Assembly: GCA_964527675.1 (NCBI GenBank) | Contig: CAZGPS010000001.1 | Coordinates: forward strand, 1-52,665 | DNA: 52,665 nt | Source: an uncultured Brevundimonas sp. | Lineage (GTDB): Bacteria > Pseudomonadota > Alphaproteobacteria > Caulobacterales > Caulobacteraceae | Direction: 5' to 3' | Part shown: one piece after another, positions 27,153-35,861 of the stretch | Layout: each line of letters begins with the position of its first letter | Numbering within the stretch: the stretch's first letter is position 1 | Position numbers and translations under genes: made by a program | The notes under the pieces: model-generated | The model's input: only the letters and a program-made list of their open reading frames with translations | Told to the model about the DNA's origin: nothing | Databases searched by the model: none

Positions 27153-28073
27153 TCAGGCGCCTCTCGGTCGGATGGTGCCGCCGCCCCTGGGCGGCTGGCG
27201 GCTGGCTTCTTGCGGACCTTGAGACCGGCCGGAGCCGCTCCCGCCCAGGGCCGCGGCGTTGGCGAAGTCGGCGAGGCCGGCGCTGGCGCCGCCCGCGATG
27301 CCGGCGGCGATGGCCGGGGTCTGCAGAAAGAAGATCGCCCCGAGCAGGCACAGGGCGATGAAGATCAGCCCGCCGATCATCGGGTCGGCTCCCTGGATCG
27401 CGCCCCACTGGTCGCGCACGAGCGACAGGACCAGCTGGAAGATGACGATGATCAGGGCGAACAGGACGAGATAGTTCACCGCCTGGCTGAGCCAGCCGAA
27501 GAAGAAGCGGCGGGTGGCGTCGAACAGGGCGCAGGCGATGAAGATGGGGCCGAGGGTGACGAGCAGCGCCAGAGCCAGTTTGGCCACCAGCACCACCCCG
27601 AACCCGAGGGCGGCGGCCAGGGCGCCGATGATGAAGACGGCGGCCGACACCACCCAGGGACCGGGATTGAAGGCCGAGCCCTCGCGCGAGATGTCCTCGC
27701 CCAGCCAGGCCGCATAGGCGAAGAACTGGTCGAAGGCCGCGCCGACGCTCGGCGTGTCCGCGCCGCTGACGGCCCGGGTCAGGGCGTTGGGCAGGCCGGT
27801 GAACAGCGGCTCGGTGACGAAGGTCGAATAGGCGGCCGTCGTCGCCAGCAGATACAGGAAGGCCAGCTTCAGCGACCGGACCGCGAAATCCATCACCGGT
27901 TCGCTGATCGCGCCCCTCAGGATGGCGACGCCGTAGAGCACGACATAGAGGACCAGGGCGATGCGCAGCGGCCCTTCGACCTCGGCGATCACCGAGGACA
28001 GACGGTCGCCGAGGAAGACGTTGAGCCGCTCGTCGATGAAGTCGTAGCTGGGCTCGAAGACGCGAAAGCTCAT
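27153..28073 (-). CDS. virB6: VirB6
   Basis: Polytopic membrane protein; LGPIFIA..LF..TRRFF.GW, PAIAAGIAGG. Confidence 0.9.
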   Translation of the reverse strand: MSFRVFEPSYDFIDERLNVFLGDRLSSVIAEVEGPLRIALVLYVVLYGVAILRGAISEPVMDFAVRSLKLAFLYLLATTAAYSTFVTEPLFTGLPNALTRAVSGADTPSVGAAFDQFFAYAAWLGEDISREGSAFNPGPWVVSAAVFIIGALAAALGFGVVLVAKLALALLVTLGPIFIACALFDATRRFFFGWLSQAVNYLVLFALIIVIFQLVLSLVRDQWGAIQGADPMIGGLIFIALCLLGAIFFLQTPAIAAGIAGGASAGLADFANAAALGGSGSGRSQGPQEASRQPPRGGGTIRPRGA

Positions 28074-28084
28074 CGTCGGGCTCC

Positions 28085-28300
28085 TCAGAAGGCCCGCTCA
28101 TAGGCGCGCATCCGCGCCTCGCGACGCGCGTCCGCCAGACCGCGCCGCGCCGCCTCGCATTCGTCGTTGGTGCGGCCGGCGTCGCAGGCCGCCACGACCG
28201 CCTCGGCCGCGTCGGGATCGGCGGCGAAGTCATCAGCGGTCCGGTCGGTCGCCCCGCAGCCGACGAGGCCGAGCGCGACGAGCAGCGCGGACCGTTTCAC
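28085..28300 (-). CDS. Entry-exclusion lipoprotein (EexN-like)
   Basis: Lipobox LVGC, second Cys pair (C...ECEAA); lies between virB5 and virB6. Confidence 0.7.
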   Translation of the reverse strand: MKRSALLVALGLVGCGATDRTADDFAADPDAAEAVVAACDAGRTNDECEAARRGLADARREARMRAYERAF

Positions 28301-29025
28301 CGGAACGCCCGTTCGTAGACATCCATACGGGCCGCCCGGGCGGCCTCGGCCCGTTCCCGGGCGCGCTGCTCTTCCAGCCGCGCCTCAGCCGCCTGGGTCA
28401 GGGCGAGACCCTGCAGCCGTACCTGCTCGTTCTGGATCAGCGCCTGTTCCGCCGCGAGGCGAGCTTCCAGGTCCATGACGGCGCGGGCGTTGGGCGCGGT
28501 GTCGAGGGCGGAGCGGAGCGTCTCCAGACCCTGCAGGCGAAGATCCGCCGCGCCGGCCACCGCTTCGCCCACCGCGAGATCCCGCGCGGTCCGGGCGCCC
28601 GCCCGTTCGAGGCTGTCGCGATAGTAGGCTTCCGCCGAACCCGGATCGCCCGCGGGCGGCGTGTACAGCCGGGTGTCGCGGCGAATGGCGTCGGCGCGTT
28701 CGGCCAGGTCGCCGAGCGCGGACAGGTCGCCATTGGCCGCCGCCCGCAGCGAACGCATGTCGGGCAGGGGGTTGCGCACCGTCGGCAGTCCCAGCTCGCT
28801 GGCCAGGGCGTTGACGCCGGACAGGTCGTTCAGGCTGTCGAACAGCTGCTGGCCCTGCTCGACCTGGGTCTGCAGCGCCCTCAGCTGCTCCAGGGTGGTG
28901 CGGGCCTCCTCGACCATCTGGGCCAGGGCCCGGGGGTCGTGGACGATCTGTTGCGCCTGGACGGCCGGGGCGCCGGCGAGGACGAGGCAGGCGGCCGTCG
29001 CGACGAAGGGGATGCGGGCTCTCAC
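28297..29025 (-). CDS. virB5: VirB5 minor pilin
   Basis: Signal peptide, VHDP, Gln-rich helices, DLEARL. Confidence 0.85.
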   Translation of the reverse strand: MRARIPFVATAACLVLAGAPAVQAQQIVHDPRALAQMVEEARTTLEQLRALQTQVEQGQQLFDSLNDLSGVNALASELGLPTVRNPLPDMRSLRAAANGDLSALGDLAERADAIRRDTRLYTPPAGDPGSAEAYYRDSLERAGARTARDLAVGEAVAGAADLRLQGLETLRSALDTAPNARAVMDLEARLAAEQALIQNEQVRLQGLALTQAAEARLEEQRARERAEAARAARMDVYERAFR

Positions 29026-31397
29026 AGGAACCTCCTCTGGTCATGGAAGGGATCGCGCCACAGCGCGTAGTCGTCGCCGAGCTCGGCGCGGAGGCGGTCG
29101 AGGAGGGCGGTGGTTTCGGTGCGGCCGGACAGGACCGCCAGGGCGTCGTCCATGCCGCTCAGGTCCAGTTCTACGACCACGCTGTCGTGGCCCTGCTTGA
29201 CCAGGAAACGATGCGATTCCGGGGTCAGAACCTCGCGCACCAGCCGGAACTCTTCCTGGGTCAGGCCGAAGCCCTCGATGTAGTCGCGCGCCTGGCCATG
29301 GGCGTTGGGCAGGAAGATTTTGGTCGCGCACTGTTCGAGAATGGCGTGGGCGATCGGGGAGCGCAGGGCGTCGGCCGGGGACTGGGTGCCGAACACCATC
29401 AGGGCGTTCTGCTTGCGCCAGGTCTTGAGCCCGTCCCGGGCCAGTTCCGTGAAGGCCGGGTCGCCCAGCACCTTCCAGAACTCGTCGATGTCGAGGACGA
29501 GACGGCGCCCGTCCACCCGCTCGGCGATGCGGTGGAACAGATACAACATCGCCGGCGTGCGGACCTCGTCGTGGTCGAGCACCTGGGTGATGTCGAAGCC
29601 GGCGAAGCGGGCCTCCAGGCTGAGGGCGTCCTCGTCATTGTCCAGGACCCAGCCGAGAGGACCGCCCCTTTGCCAGCGCTCCAGCCGAGCGCCCACGCCG
29701 CCGGCGTCGCCCTGGCCGAGCAGACTGCGCAGGGCGGCGATGGACCGCCGCTCGCGCGGCAGGGCCTCCAGCGCGGCCACCCCCTGATCGATGGCGCGGG
29801 CCTGGGGCACCGTCAGGGTTTCGTCCGGCCGGGCGACGAGGGTTCGAACCAGGCGGACGAGGAAGGCGCGGTTGGCGGGACTGGGGGAGAGCGCCTTGAA
29901 CGGCGCGAAGCCGGTCGGTTCGCCGTTGCGCAGGGCGAGATAGGTGCCGCCGCAGGCTCGCACGAAGATCTCGGCGCCCCGGTCCTTGTCGATGAACAGC
30001 TGCTGGGCGTCGAACCGCTCCAGCTGCGCGAGCATGAAGTTCTGGACCACGGTCTTGCCCGACCCGGACGGTCCGCAAATGAAGGTGTGGCCGAGATCGC
30101 CGACATGGAAGTTGAACCAGAAGGGCGAACCGGCCGTGGTGCGCAGCACGGCGACGGCGTCGCCCCAGTGATTGCCGCTCGCCCTGCCCACCGGATGGGC
30201 GTGAAAGGGCGCCAGGGCCGCGAAATTGCGCGAGGTGATCGCCGCCGGCCGGGTGCGGCGGGCGAAGGCCCCGGGGAACTGGGACCAGAAGGCCGCTTCC
30301 AGCCCCAGATCCTCGCGCGCCACGACGAGGCCGGAGTCCGCGAGGATGGCGCGGGCCTTGGACAGGTGGTCGGCCAGCGCGGCCGGGGTGTCCCCGTGGA
30401 CGAGGATCGAGGCCTGGTGCTCGCCCATGACGAAGCGATTGCTGACGAGATCGTCGAGCGCGTCCGACAGACCGGTGATCTGCGAAGCCGCGCGGTCCCG
30501 CGCCGAGACCATCTGGTTCTGCTTGCGCTCCATGACTGCGCGGGCCGAGGCCTTGGACAGGAAGGCGAAGGACTGGCTGATCACAAAGCCGAACCGGACG
30601 CTCAGCAGCTCGTCCCACAGCCCGGGCCGGGTCGTGGCCGGATATTCCTTGACGGCCAGGACGCCGGCGTAGCGCGCCTCTGCGGCGTCCCGCAGCTCGA
30701 GCGTCTCGCGCCCGAAGATGGCGCGGACGGTGTAGACCGCCGAGCCGAGGTGGCCGAACACGATCGGGACCGACGACCGGCGCCCCGTCAGGACCAGCCG
30801 CATGACCTCCATCGGCTCGGAAAACCACAGACCGTCGCGGTCATAGAGGCCGAGCCGGCGCGGCGCGTAGCGTGCGAGATACTGGACCAGATCGCGCCCG
30901 GCCTCCTCGATGCGCTGGATATGGGCGAGCTCGACCTCGGCGTCGTTGCGGCGCGCCGCCTTCAGGCGTCTGGCGAGCGCCGCGGCGCGGTCGCCGGCGT
31001 CCCGACCCGGATGCAGGACGAGGGTGACGAACAGCTCGTTGATCCAGAGCCGCCGTCCCGCGACACGGTCGTCGTAGAGGGCGCCGAGTTCCCCGGCGAA
31101 GGCCGAGCGGAAGCCGGCCGACCGCTCCAGTTCGACCGGGCGTCGCACCACGTGGTGCCAGACCGCCAGACGGTCGTCGGCGAGATTGCGCCAGGCCTGG
31201 TTGAGTTTGACGTGCCAGTCGTTGAGGTCACGCGCGTCGGCGGTCTCGAAGCTGGCGCCGTCGATCTGGAACACCATCATCAGGGCGCCGCTGTCGAGCG
31301 CCACCACATGGTCCGAGACGTGACGGGCGTAGGGCAGGTGCGGCCGGGCCTCGGCCTCGCGCCGCAGCCGCGCCGGAGGCACGCCGCCCTCAGCCAC
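29022..31397 (-). CDS. virB4: VirB4 ATPase
   Basis: HLPYARH, GPSGSGKT, DKDRG, IDEFW, RKQN, TQSP. Confidence 0.95.
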   Translation of the reverse strand: MAEGGVPPARLRREAEARPHLPYARHVSDHVVALDSGALMMVFQIDGASFETADARDLNDWHVKLNQAWRNLADDRLAVWHHVVRRPVELERSAGFRSAFAGELGALYDDRVAGRRLWINELFVTLVLHPGRDAGDRAAALARRLKAARRNDAEVELAHIQRIEEAGRDLVQYLARYAPRRLGLYDRDGLWFSEPMEVMRLVLTGRRSSVPIVFGHLGSAVYTVRAIFGRETLELRDAAEARYAGVLAVKEYPATTRPGLWDELLSVRFGFVISQSFAFLSKASARAVMERKQNQMVSARDRAASQITGLSDALDDLVSNRFVMGEHQASILVHGDTPAALADHLSKARAILADSGLVVAREDLGLEAAFWSQFPGAFARRTRPAAITSRNFAALAPFHAHPVGRASGNHWGDAVAVLRTTAGSPFWFNFHVGDLGHTFICGPSGSGKTVVQNFMLAQLERFDAQQLFIDKDRGAEIFVRACGGTYLALRNGEPTGFAPFKALSPSPANRAFLVRLVRTLVARPDETLTVPQARAIDQGVAALEALPRERRSIAALRSLLGQGDAGGVGARLERWQRGGPLGWVLDNDEDALSLEARFAGFDITQVLDHDEVRTPAMLYLFHRIAERVDGRRLVLDIDEFWKVLGDPAFTELARDGLKTWRKQNALMVFGTQSPADALRSPIAHAILEQCATKIFLPNAHGQARDYIEGFGLTQEEFRLVREVLTPESHRFLVKQGHDSVVVELDLSGMDDALAVLSGRTETTALLDRLRAELGDDYALWRDPFHDQRRFL

Positions 31398-31725
31398 GGG
31401 TCAGCTCCGCCAGACGATAGCGGCGCACGAGCGGCAGCGGCGTCGCCGAGCTCCCGCCCCAGAGCGCCGCGTTGCGCGACCGGCCCTTGGTGTCGACATA
31501 GACGAACAGCAGCCGGAAGGCGTTGTGGTCGGCCCGGCAGATCGCCCGGAACACCAGGTGCAGGGCCGGGGCAACCAGCAGATGGAGCAGGCTGCCACCG
31601 ACGAGGAAGACGACGCCCGACGCGATGACGTTGACGCCCATCGCCTCCATGGGCACGCCGAGGATCATCGCGGGCCGCGTGCAGGCCAGGAACAGCGGAT
31701 CCTCGGCCAGACGTTCGTCAGCCAT
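31390..31725 (-). CDS. virB3: VirB3
   Basis: DPLFLACTRPAMILGVP, two TM segments, WGGSS. Confidence 0.9.
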   Translation of the reverse strand: MADERLAEDPLFLACTRPAMILGVPMEAMGVNVIASGVVFLVGGSLLHLLVAPALHLVFRAICRADHNAFRLLFVYVDTKGRSRNAALWGGSSATPLPLVRRYRLAELTRG

Positions 31726-31900
31726 GGGGACCTCCCGCGGGCAGGCGCGAGAGGGCCAGGCCGATGGCGAGGCCCGACCCGAGACCGCCGAGGATCTGGG
31801 CAAACCGCTTGGGCGAGATCAGCTTCAGGCCGAGCATCAGGCACAGGGCGAGGACGGCCGACGCCGATCCGATCCACAGCCAGGGCGAAGCGGCGGTCAT
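31718..31900 (-). CDS. 60-aa two-TM protein inserted between virB2 and virB3
   Basis: ATG overlaps the virB2 stop (TGATG); its end overlaps the virB3 start. Confidence 0.55.
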   Translation of the reverse strand: MTAASPWLWIGSASAVLALCLMLGLKLISPKRFAQILGGLGSGLAIGLALSRLPAGGPHG

Positions 31901-32211
31901 CAGGCGCCGCCCGTGATCAGATTGACGATCTCGGCCGCGCCGAAGACCACGACGATGCCGAGCACGACGATCGCCGCCCGACGCAGGTCGAACAGGCCGA
32001 ACATCCACAGGATGCCGACCACCACGACCGCCAGCACGGCCAGCAGGCGGGCCGTATTGCCGGTGAGCATGTCGACGACGTTCTGCAGCAGGCCTTCGAC
32101 GTTGGCCGAGGCGAGCGCCGGCTGCGCCGACAGACAGGTCGCGGCCAGCGCGATGCCGGCTGCAGCGCCGGCGTGACGCCGGAATGGGGTCAGAGTCAGG
32201 GCACGAAACAT
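31900..32211 (-). CDS. virB2: VirB2/TrbC pilin
   Basis: Long signal ending PALA, two hydrophobic helices, FGAAEIV. Confidence 0.9.
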   Translation of the reverse strand: MFRALTLTPFRRHAGAAAGIALAATCLSAQPALASANVEGLLQNVVDMLTGNTARLLAVLAVVVVGILWMFGLFDLRRAAIVVLGIVVVFGAAEIVNLITGGA

Positions 32212-32831
32212 CAGAGGCTCCGGTCAACGGAAGTGGAAAAGGCGACCCGCACGGGCCCGCGCGCGAACACGTCCCAGGCCGCAGGCGGGGCGCTCGGGGT
32301 CGGGGGGTCGGGAAGGCGCGCGTCGGATGGTTCGACGGCGGTCGCCGTGAGCGGCGCGGCCAGGTTCAGGGTGACCGCCGCCTGCTCGACCCGGGCGACA
32401 TATCCGTTGCGGAAGCCTCTCTGGGCGTCGCCGGTGTTGTAGCGGGACAGGGCGATGCGCAGGGCCGACTGACGATGCGCCGGGGTTTCGCCGGCGGGCT
32501 TGTAGCCCGCGCGAAGGACCGTCGCCGCTGCCCGCAGGTTGAGGCAGGGGTCGAAGGTGTCTTCGACCGTCAGGCCCAGCCAGGCGAGGTTGTCGCTGTT
32601 GATCTGGGCCAGGCCGAGGTCGAGGTTGGCGCCGCGTCCCAGGAGACGGCGGGCCGTCGTCGCGGCCTCCGCCGCGTTGCGCGCGCGAGCGGGGCGGGCG
32701 CCGTTGCGATTGACGCCGATCGCCAGCGGGTCGAACCGGCTCTCGACGTGCGCAATCGCCGCAAGGGTCTGGGGCGCCACCGACGGCGCGCAGCTTTGCG
32801 AGAGGGCGAGAACGAACGCGAGGTCGAGCAT
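32211..32831 (-). CDS. virB1: VirB1 lytic transglycosylase
   Basis: CAPSV, VES, DLGLAQINS, FDPCLNL, ALSRYNTG, GYV. Confidence 0.92.
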   Translation of the reverse strand: MLDLAFVLALSQSCAPSVAPQTLAAIAHVESRFDPLAIGVNRNGARPARARNAAEAATTARRLLGRGANLDLGLAQINSDNLAWLGLTVEDTFDPCLNLRAAATVLRAGYKPAGETPAHRQSALRIALSRYNTGDAQRGFRNGYVARVEQAAVTLNLAAPLTATAVEPSDARLPDPPTPSAPPAAWDVFARGPVRVAFSTSVDRSL

Positions 32832-32906
32832 GAGGGCCTCCAGGAACCGGCGCCATCCCATCGGATCAGGCCGTCGGCGGCGACCCGCGAGCGCCCCGTG
32901 GGAGAT

Positions 32907-33173
32907 CTACGGTAGGAAGCTGCGGGGTTCGTCGGCGCGTCGGGCAGCCGCCGCCAGGCAGGCGACGGCCTGGATGCGCGTCCGCACGCCGAGGACGCTG
33001 CAGGCCATCATGAAATGCTCATCGACCGTCCTGGGGGAGATTCCGAGCCGTTCGCCGATGCCGGATGAGGTCAAGCCCATGGCGGCGAGATGCAGGCATT
33101 GGCGCTGCCGGTCGGTCAGGGCTTCGACCGCCAGGGCGGACGATTCAGCGGGAAGGGGGCTGAGCGCTTTCAT
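32907..33173 (-). CDS. Stand-alone LuxR-type HTH regulator
   Basis: LTDRQRQCL..G..S..IG..LGISPRTV..H...LGVRTRIQAVA; no ligand-binding domain. Confidence 0.85.
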   Translation of the reverse strand: MKALSPLPAESSALAVEALTDRQRQCLHLAAMGLTSSGIGERLGISPRTVDEHFMMACSVLGVRTRIQAVACLAAAARRADEPRSFLP

Positions 33174-33266
33174 GGCCGAATCCAGCCGCGAAATCTCCGC
33201 CGCGCGCCAGTCCGGGACCTTCTCACCGTGACTCTACGACCGGGGCCGGGACGCCTTAGGGCGGTC

Positions 33267-33764
33267 TCAACCGCTGTTGTTGGCGCCGCCGTCTTCGCGG
33301 TCCGGCGCCAGCAGTCGGCTTCGGCGTTGCTCGAGCCAGGCGTCGGCCTCCGCGTCGCGCCGAACGGACTGGTCCACGAGATCCCTGAACATTCTGGTGA
33401 AGGTGTTGATGATCGGCCGAGCGTCGAGATCGGCGATCGCGTCGCCGGCTTCCTCGTCGAATTCCTGCAGCGCCACGGCGAGGATGGTCGCCAATTTGTT
33501 GTCGGCGCACCGCAAGGCGAAGGCGGGCGACCCGAGGGCGAGGGCCGCGAGAATCCCGTGCGGATCGCTGTTCGTGACCTCGGCGAAGCGGTGAATGCGT
33601 TCGATGTTGATTCGCCCTGCACCGGACTCGAAATGCTCGTAGGACCGAAGCGCCATGTTCATGGCCTGGGCGACGTCGATCGACCGCATGCGCCGGTGGG
33701 CCCGGATCAGGCGCAGGCTTGAGGAGAGCACCGCGTTCGTCGACTGGGTCTGCCGGGCGTCCAT
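33267..33764 (-). CDS. XRE-family HTH regulator
   Basis: LRLIRAHRRMRSIDVAQAMNMALRSYEHFESG; GAGGGAG RBS before ATG 33764. Confidence 0.8.
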   Translation of the reverse strand: MDARQTQSTNAVLSSSLRLIRAHRRMRSIDVAQAMNMALRSYEHFESGAGRINIERIHRFAEVTNSDPHGILAALALGSPAFALRCADNKLATILAVALQEFDEEAGDAIADLDARPIINTFTRMFRDLVDQSVRRDAEADAWLEQRRSRLLAPDREDGGANNSG

Positions 33765-34000
33765 GTCTCGGTTTACTCCCTCGCCGTCGGCACCACGCGT
33801 TACGAACTCAGGTTCACCCCTACAGGTTGAAAAATGACTCAGCCATGCGTCAAATGAAAGTCGATAAAGATCAACAGCATAAAAGCTGCGGTTATGACGC
33901 AAGTTTCTTGCGGACGACAGTATTGGAGGCGCGGCATGACGCGATCGACCCGAAGCTTGCCGGTCGTCGATCTGCGTCTCAGCGTGGCCCGGAGGCGGCC

Positions 34001-34567
34001 GTGAGGCAGCGTGATCCCTTCGGGATGGCGCTCGCCGGCCTGCGCACCGCGATCGAGGAAGGCCTGGCTCCCGGACAGCACCTCTCCGTGGTGGACATCG
34101 CCGCTTCGCTCGGCCTGAGCACCAGCCCGGTTCGGGAAGCTCTGTCCCGGCTGTGCGGCGAAGGCTTGGTCGAGGATCGCCGCGGTCTGGGTTACTTCAC
34201 CCGCGCGGCCCCCCTGGAGGATGTTCTGGGCTTGCTGGACCTCGAAGCCGCTCATGTCCGGCTCGCGGCGCTCTGCACTCCGGTCGCTCAACCCCGCGAC
34301 GGCACGGACGCGTCCGTCGAGGCGTGGATCGACGACCTGGTCGGCGCCTGTGACAACCAGCCCCTGGTCGAGAGCCTCGTTCGCGTGCGCCGTCGCCTGG
34401 CGCCGCTCAGACGCCTCAACGGACCGACGGAAGCGGCCGCCGGTCCCGAGGCGGCGAGCGACGTCGAGGCCTATTACGCGCGTTGGCGGATCGCCGCGAC
34501 GGGCCTCGCGTCCCGCCTCCGGCGGATCGATCCAGATCAGTCAAAGTATACGCGAAATATAGTTTGA
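34001..34567 (+). CDS. GntR-family regulator of the lasso cluster
   Basis: GGAGG then GTG; PGQHL..IAASLGLSTSPVREALSRLCGEGLV..GYF. Confidence 0.85.
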   Translation: MRQRDPFGMALAGLRTAIEEGLAPGQHLSVVDIAASLGLSTSPVREALSRLCGEGLVEDRRGLGYFTRAAPLEDVLGLLDLEAAHVRLAALCTPVAQPRDGTDASVEAWIDDLVGACDNQPLVESLVRVRRRLAPLRRLNGPTEAAAGPEAASDVEAYYARWRIAATGLASRLRRIDPDQSKYTRNIV

Positions 34568-34636
34568 ATCGATTTGCTTTGCGGCGCTGATGGTTCGTCG
34601 TCGACGTTTTGTCGACCTTCAAAACAGGAGACGACC

Positions 34637-34762
34637 ATGACCAAGAAAACCTCGCGCCTCGTGCGCCTCGGGTCCGCCCGCACCCTGACCCGCGCGGTCT
34701 CGCGCGGCGAGTTCGACGAGCTGAATCCGGTCCTGAAGTACACCATTCCGCCCAGCGAATGA
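34637..34762 (+). CDS. Lasso peptide precursor A1
   Basis: AGGAG RBS; leader MTKKTSRLVRLGSARTLTR (LxxLG, Thr-2); core AVSRGEFDELNPVLKYTIPPSE (D8/E9). Confidence 0.9.
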   Translation: MTKKTSRLVRLGSARTLTRAVSRGEFDELNPVLKYTIPPSE

Positions 34763-34796
34763 CCGGACGGGCCGCTTCGGCGGCCCGGACGTCCGG
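34763..34796 (+). other. Stem-loop after precursor A1
   Basis: GGGCCGC-TTCG-GCGGCCC, extended by CCGGAC/GTCCGG. Confidence 0.75.
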
Positions 34797-34854
34797 GCCC
34801 GGCCTCGCCCCGGACGCCGCGACCAGAGGCCAGTCCTGACACAGGAGAGGATCC

Positions 34855-34980
34855 ATGAAGATCCAAACCAAGACGCGCGTCCTCCGTCTGGGGGCCGCCC
34901 GTCGGCTGACCCGGGCGATCCTGATGGGCCCGTTCACCGAACTGAACCCGGCCCGCCACTGGACGATGCCGCCGGAATGA
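34855..34980 (+). CDS. Lasso peptide precursor A2 (not in the ORF track)
   Basis: AGGAGAGG RBS; leader MKIQTKTRVLRLGAARRLTR; core AILMGPFTELNPARHWTMPPE (E9). Confidence 0.9.
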   Translation: MKIQTKTRVLRLGAARRLTRAILMGPFTELNPARHWTMPPE

Positions 34981-34986
34981 CTCCAG

Positions 34987-35011
34987 GGGGCCGCCCGCTT
35001 CGGACGGCCCC
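34987..35011 (+). other. Stem-loop after precursor A2
   Basis: GGGGCCG...CGGCCCC around a CTTCGG-containing loop. Confidence 0.65.
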
Positions 35012-35069
35012 GCCGGGCGTCCTGCCGGAGGGCGGATCGGCCGCCTTTCGTCGCAACAGGGAGATACTG

Positions 35070-35192
35070 ATGTCAAAGCCGACGATCCATCGGCTTCTGC
35101 GCCCCGGGCTGGCGCGGAACTGCGCGCGAGGCGGGCGAGGCCGACATCTGGACCTCAATCCGGCCCTCCATTTCAACCAGCCCGCGGGGTGA
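35070..35192 (+). CDS. Lasso peptide precursor A3 (divergent leader)
   Basis: GGGAG RBS; leader MSKPTIHRLLRPGLARNCAR; core GGRGRHLDLNPALHFNQPAG (D8); shares the [DE]LNP motif with A1 and A2. Confidence 0.7.
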   Translation: MSKPTIHRLLRPGLARNCARGGRGRHLDLNPALHFNQPAG

Positions 35193-35860
35193 GGATGAAT
35201 GACGCGCTTCTCGCCGATGGGGCGCCCGATGCTGACTGCGGATGGCTCGGGGAGGGGATACACGCGGTCCGCATCGGCGCCGATCTGGTCCTGCTCGATC
35301 TGGCCGGAGACGACTATCTGTGCCTGCCGGAGTGCGGCGATCTCCGTATAGACGGTCGGCAAGTTTGGGGGTCGATGGAAGATCTTCTTCGCCTGGCCGC
35401 CGAGGAACTGCTGCACCCCACGTCGGCGCCGGACGATCGGATCTCGCCGCCGGCCCTGCCGTCTGCCCGCCTTCCGGCTCCGCCGCCGATCCGGCCGACG
35501 CTGCGGGACGTGGCCACTTTCGCCGTCATCTGGATCGACGCGGTGCGGCGCCGGCCGACGCTTCTGGAGCTGAGCCGCCGATACGCCCGGCGTGGCGGCC
35601 GCCGCTCGGATCCCGAGGCGCTTGCGGCGCGGGTCGAGGTGTTCCGCCAGTTGCTGCCGCTGGCCCCCTGGACCGGCGCCTGTCTTCTCCAAGCAGAGCT
35701 GCTGCTGCGCTTCGTCAATGCGGCGGGTCTGGACGCGGACTGGGTGTTCGGGGTCCGCACCTTCCCGTTTCTCGCCCATTGCTGGCTGCAGAGCGGCGAT
35801 CAGTGCGTCAGCGAGGCGCCGGAGACGCTGACCGTCTACCGGCCGATCCTGGTGATCTGA
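35189..35860 (+). CDS. Lasso peptide B protein (fused RRE plus leader peptidase)
   Basis: DLVLLDLAGDDYLCL at the N-terminus; CLLQA, VFGVRTFPFLAHCWLQ transglutaminase-like Cys/His. Confidence 0.92.
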   Translation: MRMNDALLADGAPDADCGWLGEGIHAVRIGADLVLLDLAGDDYLCLPECGDLRIDGRQVWGSMEDLLRLAAEELLHPTSAPDDRISPPALPSARLPAPPPIRPTLRDVATFAVIWIDAVRRRPTLLELSRRYARRGGRRSDPEALAARVEVFRQLLPLAPWTGACLLQAELLLRFVNAAGLDADWVFGVRTFPFLAHCWLQSGDQCVSEAPETLTVYRPILVI

Positions 35861-35861
35861 G

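Larger units (their letters stand above)
9206..33764. mobile_element. Conjugative element backbone (ICE or plasmid; true ends probably extend into the flanking cargo)
   Basis: ParB-like, DUF736, ardC, oriT, mobC, relaxase, virD4 and virB1-11 are all present; no integrase, rep or att site recognised. Confidence 0.8.

Noticed and set aside
29043..31628. 861-aa plus-strand ORF, and similar long antisense ORFs (2729-4489, 9128-11224, 21746-23404, 35808-37505, 39649-42306, 50496-52313)
   Set aside because: Shadow frames of well-supported genes on the opposite strand; expected in high-GC DNA and carrying no motifs.
33719..34000. Long N-terminal extension of the GntR ORF
   Set aside because: Overlaps the XRE start and the AT-rich promoter region; a GGAGG-GTG start at 34001 fits the HTH domain.
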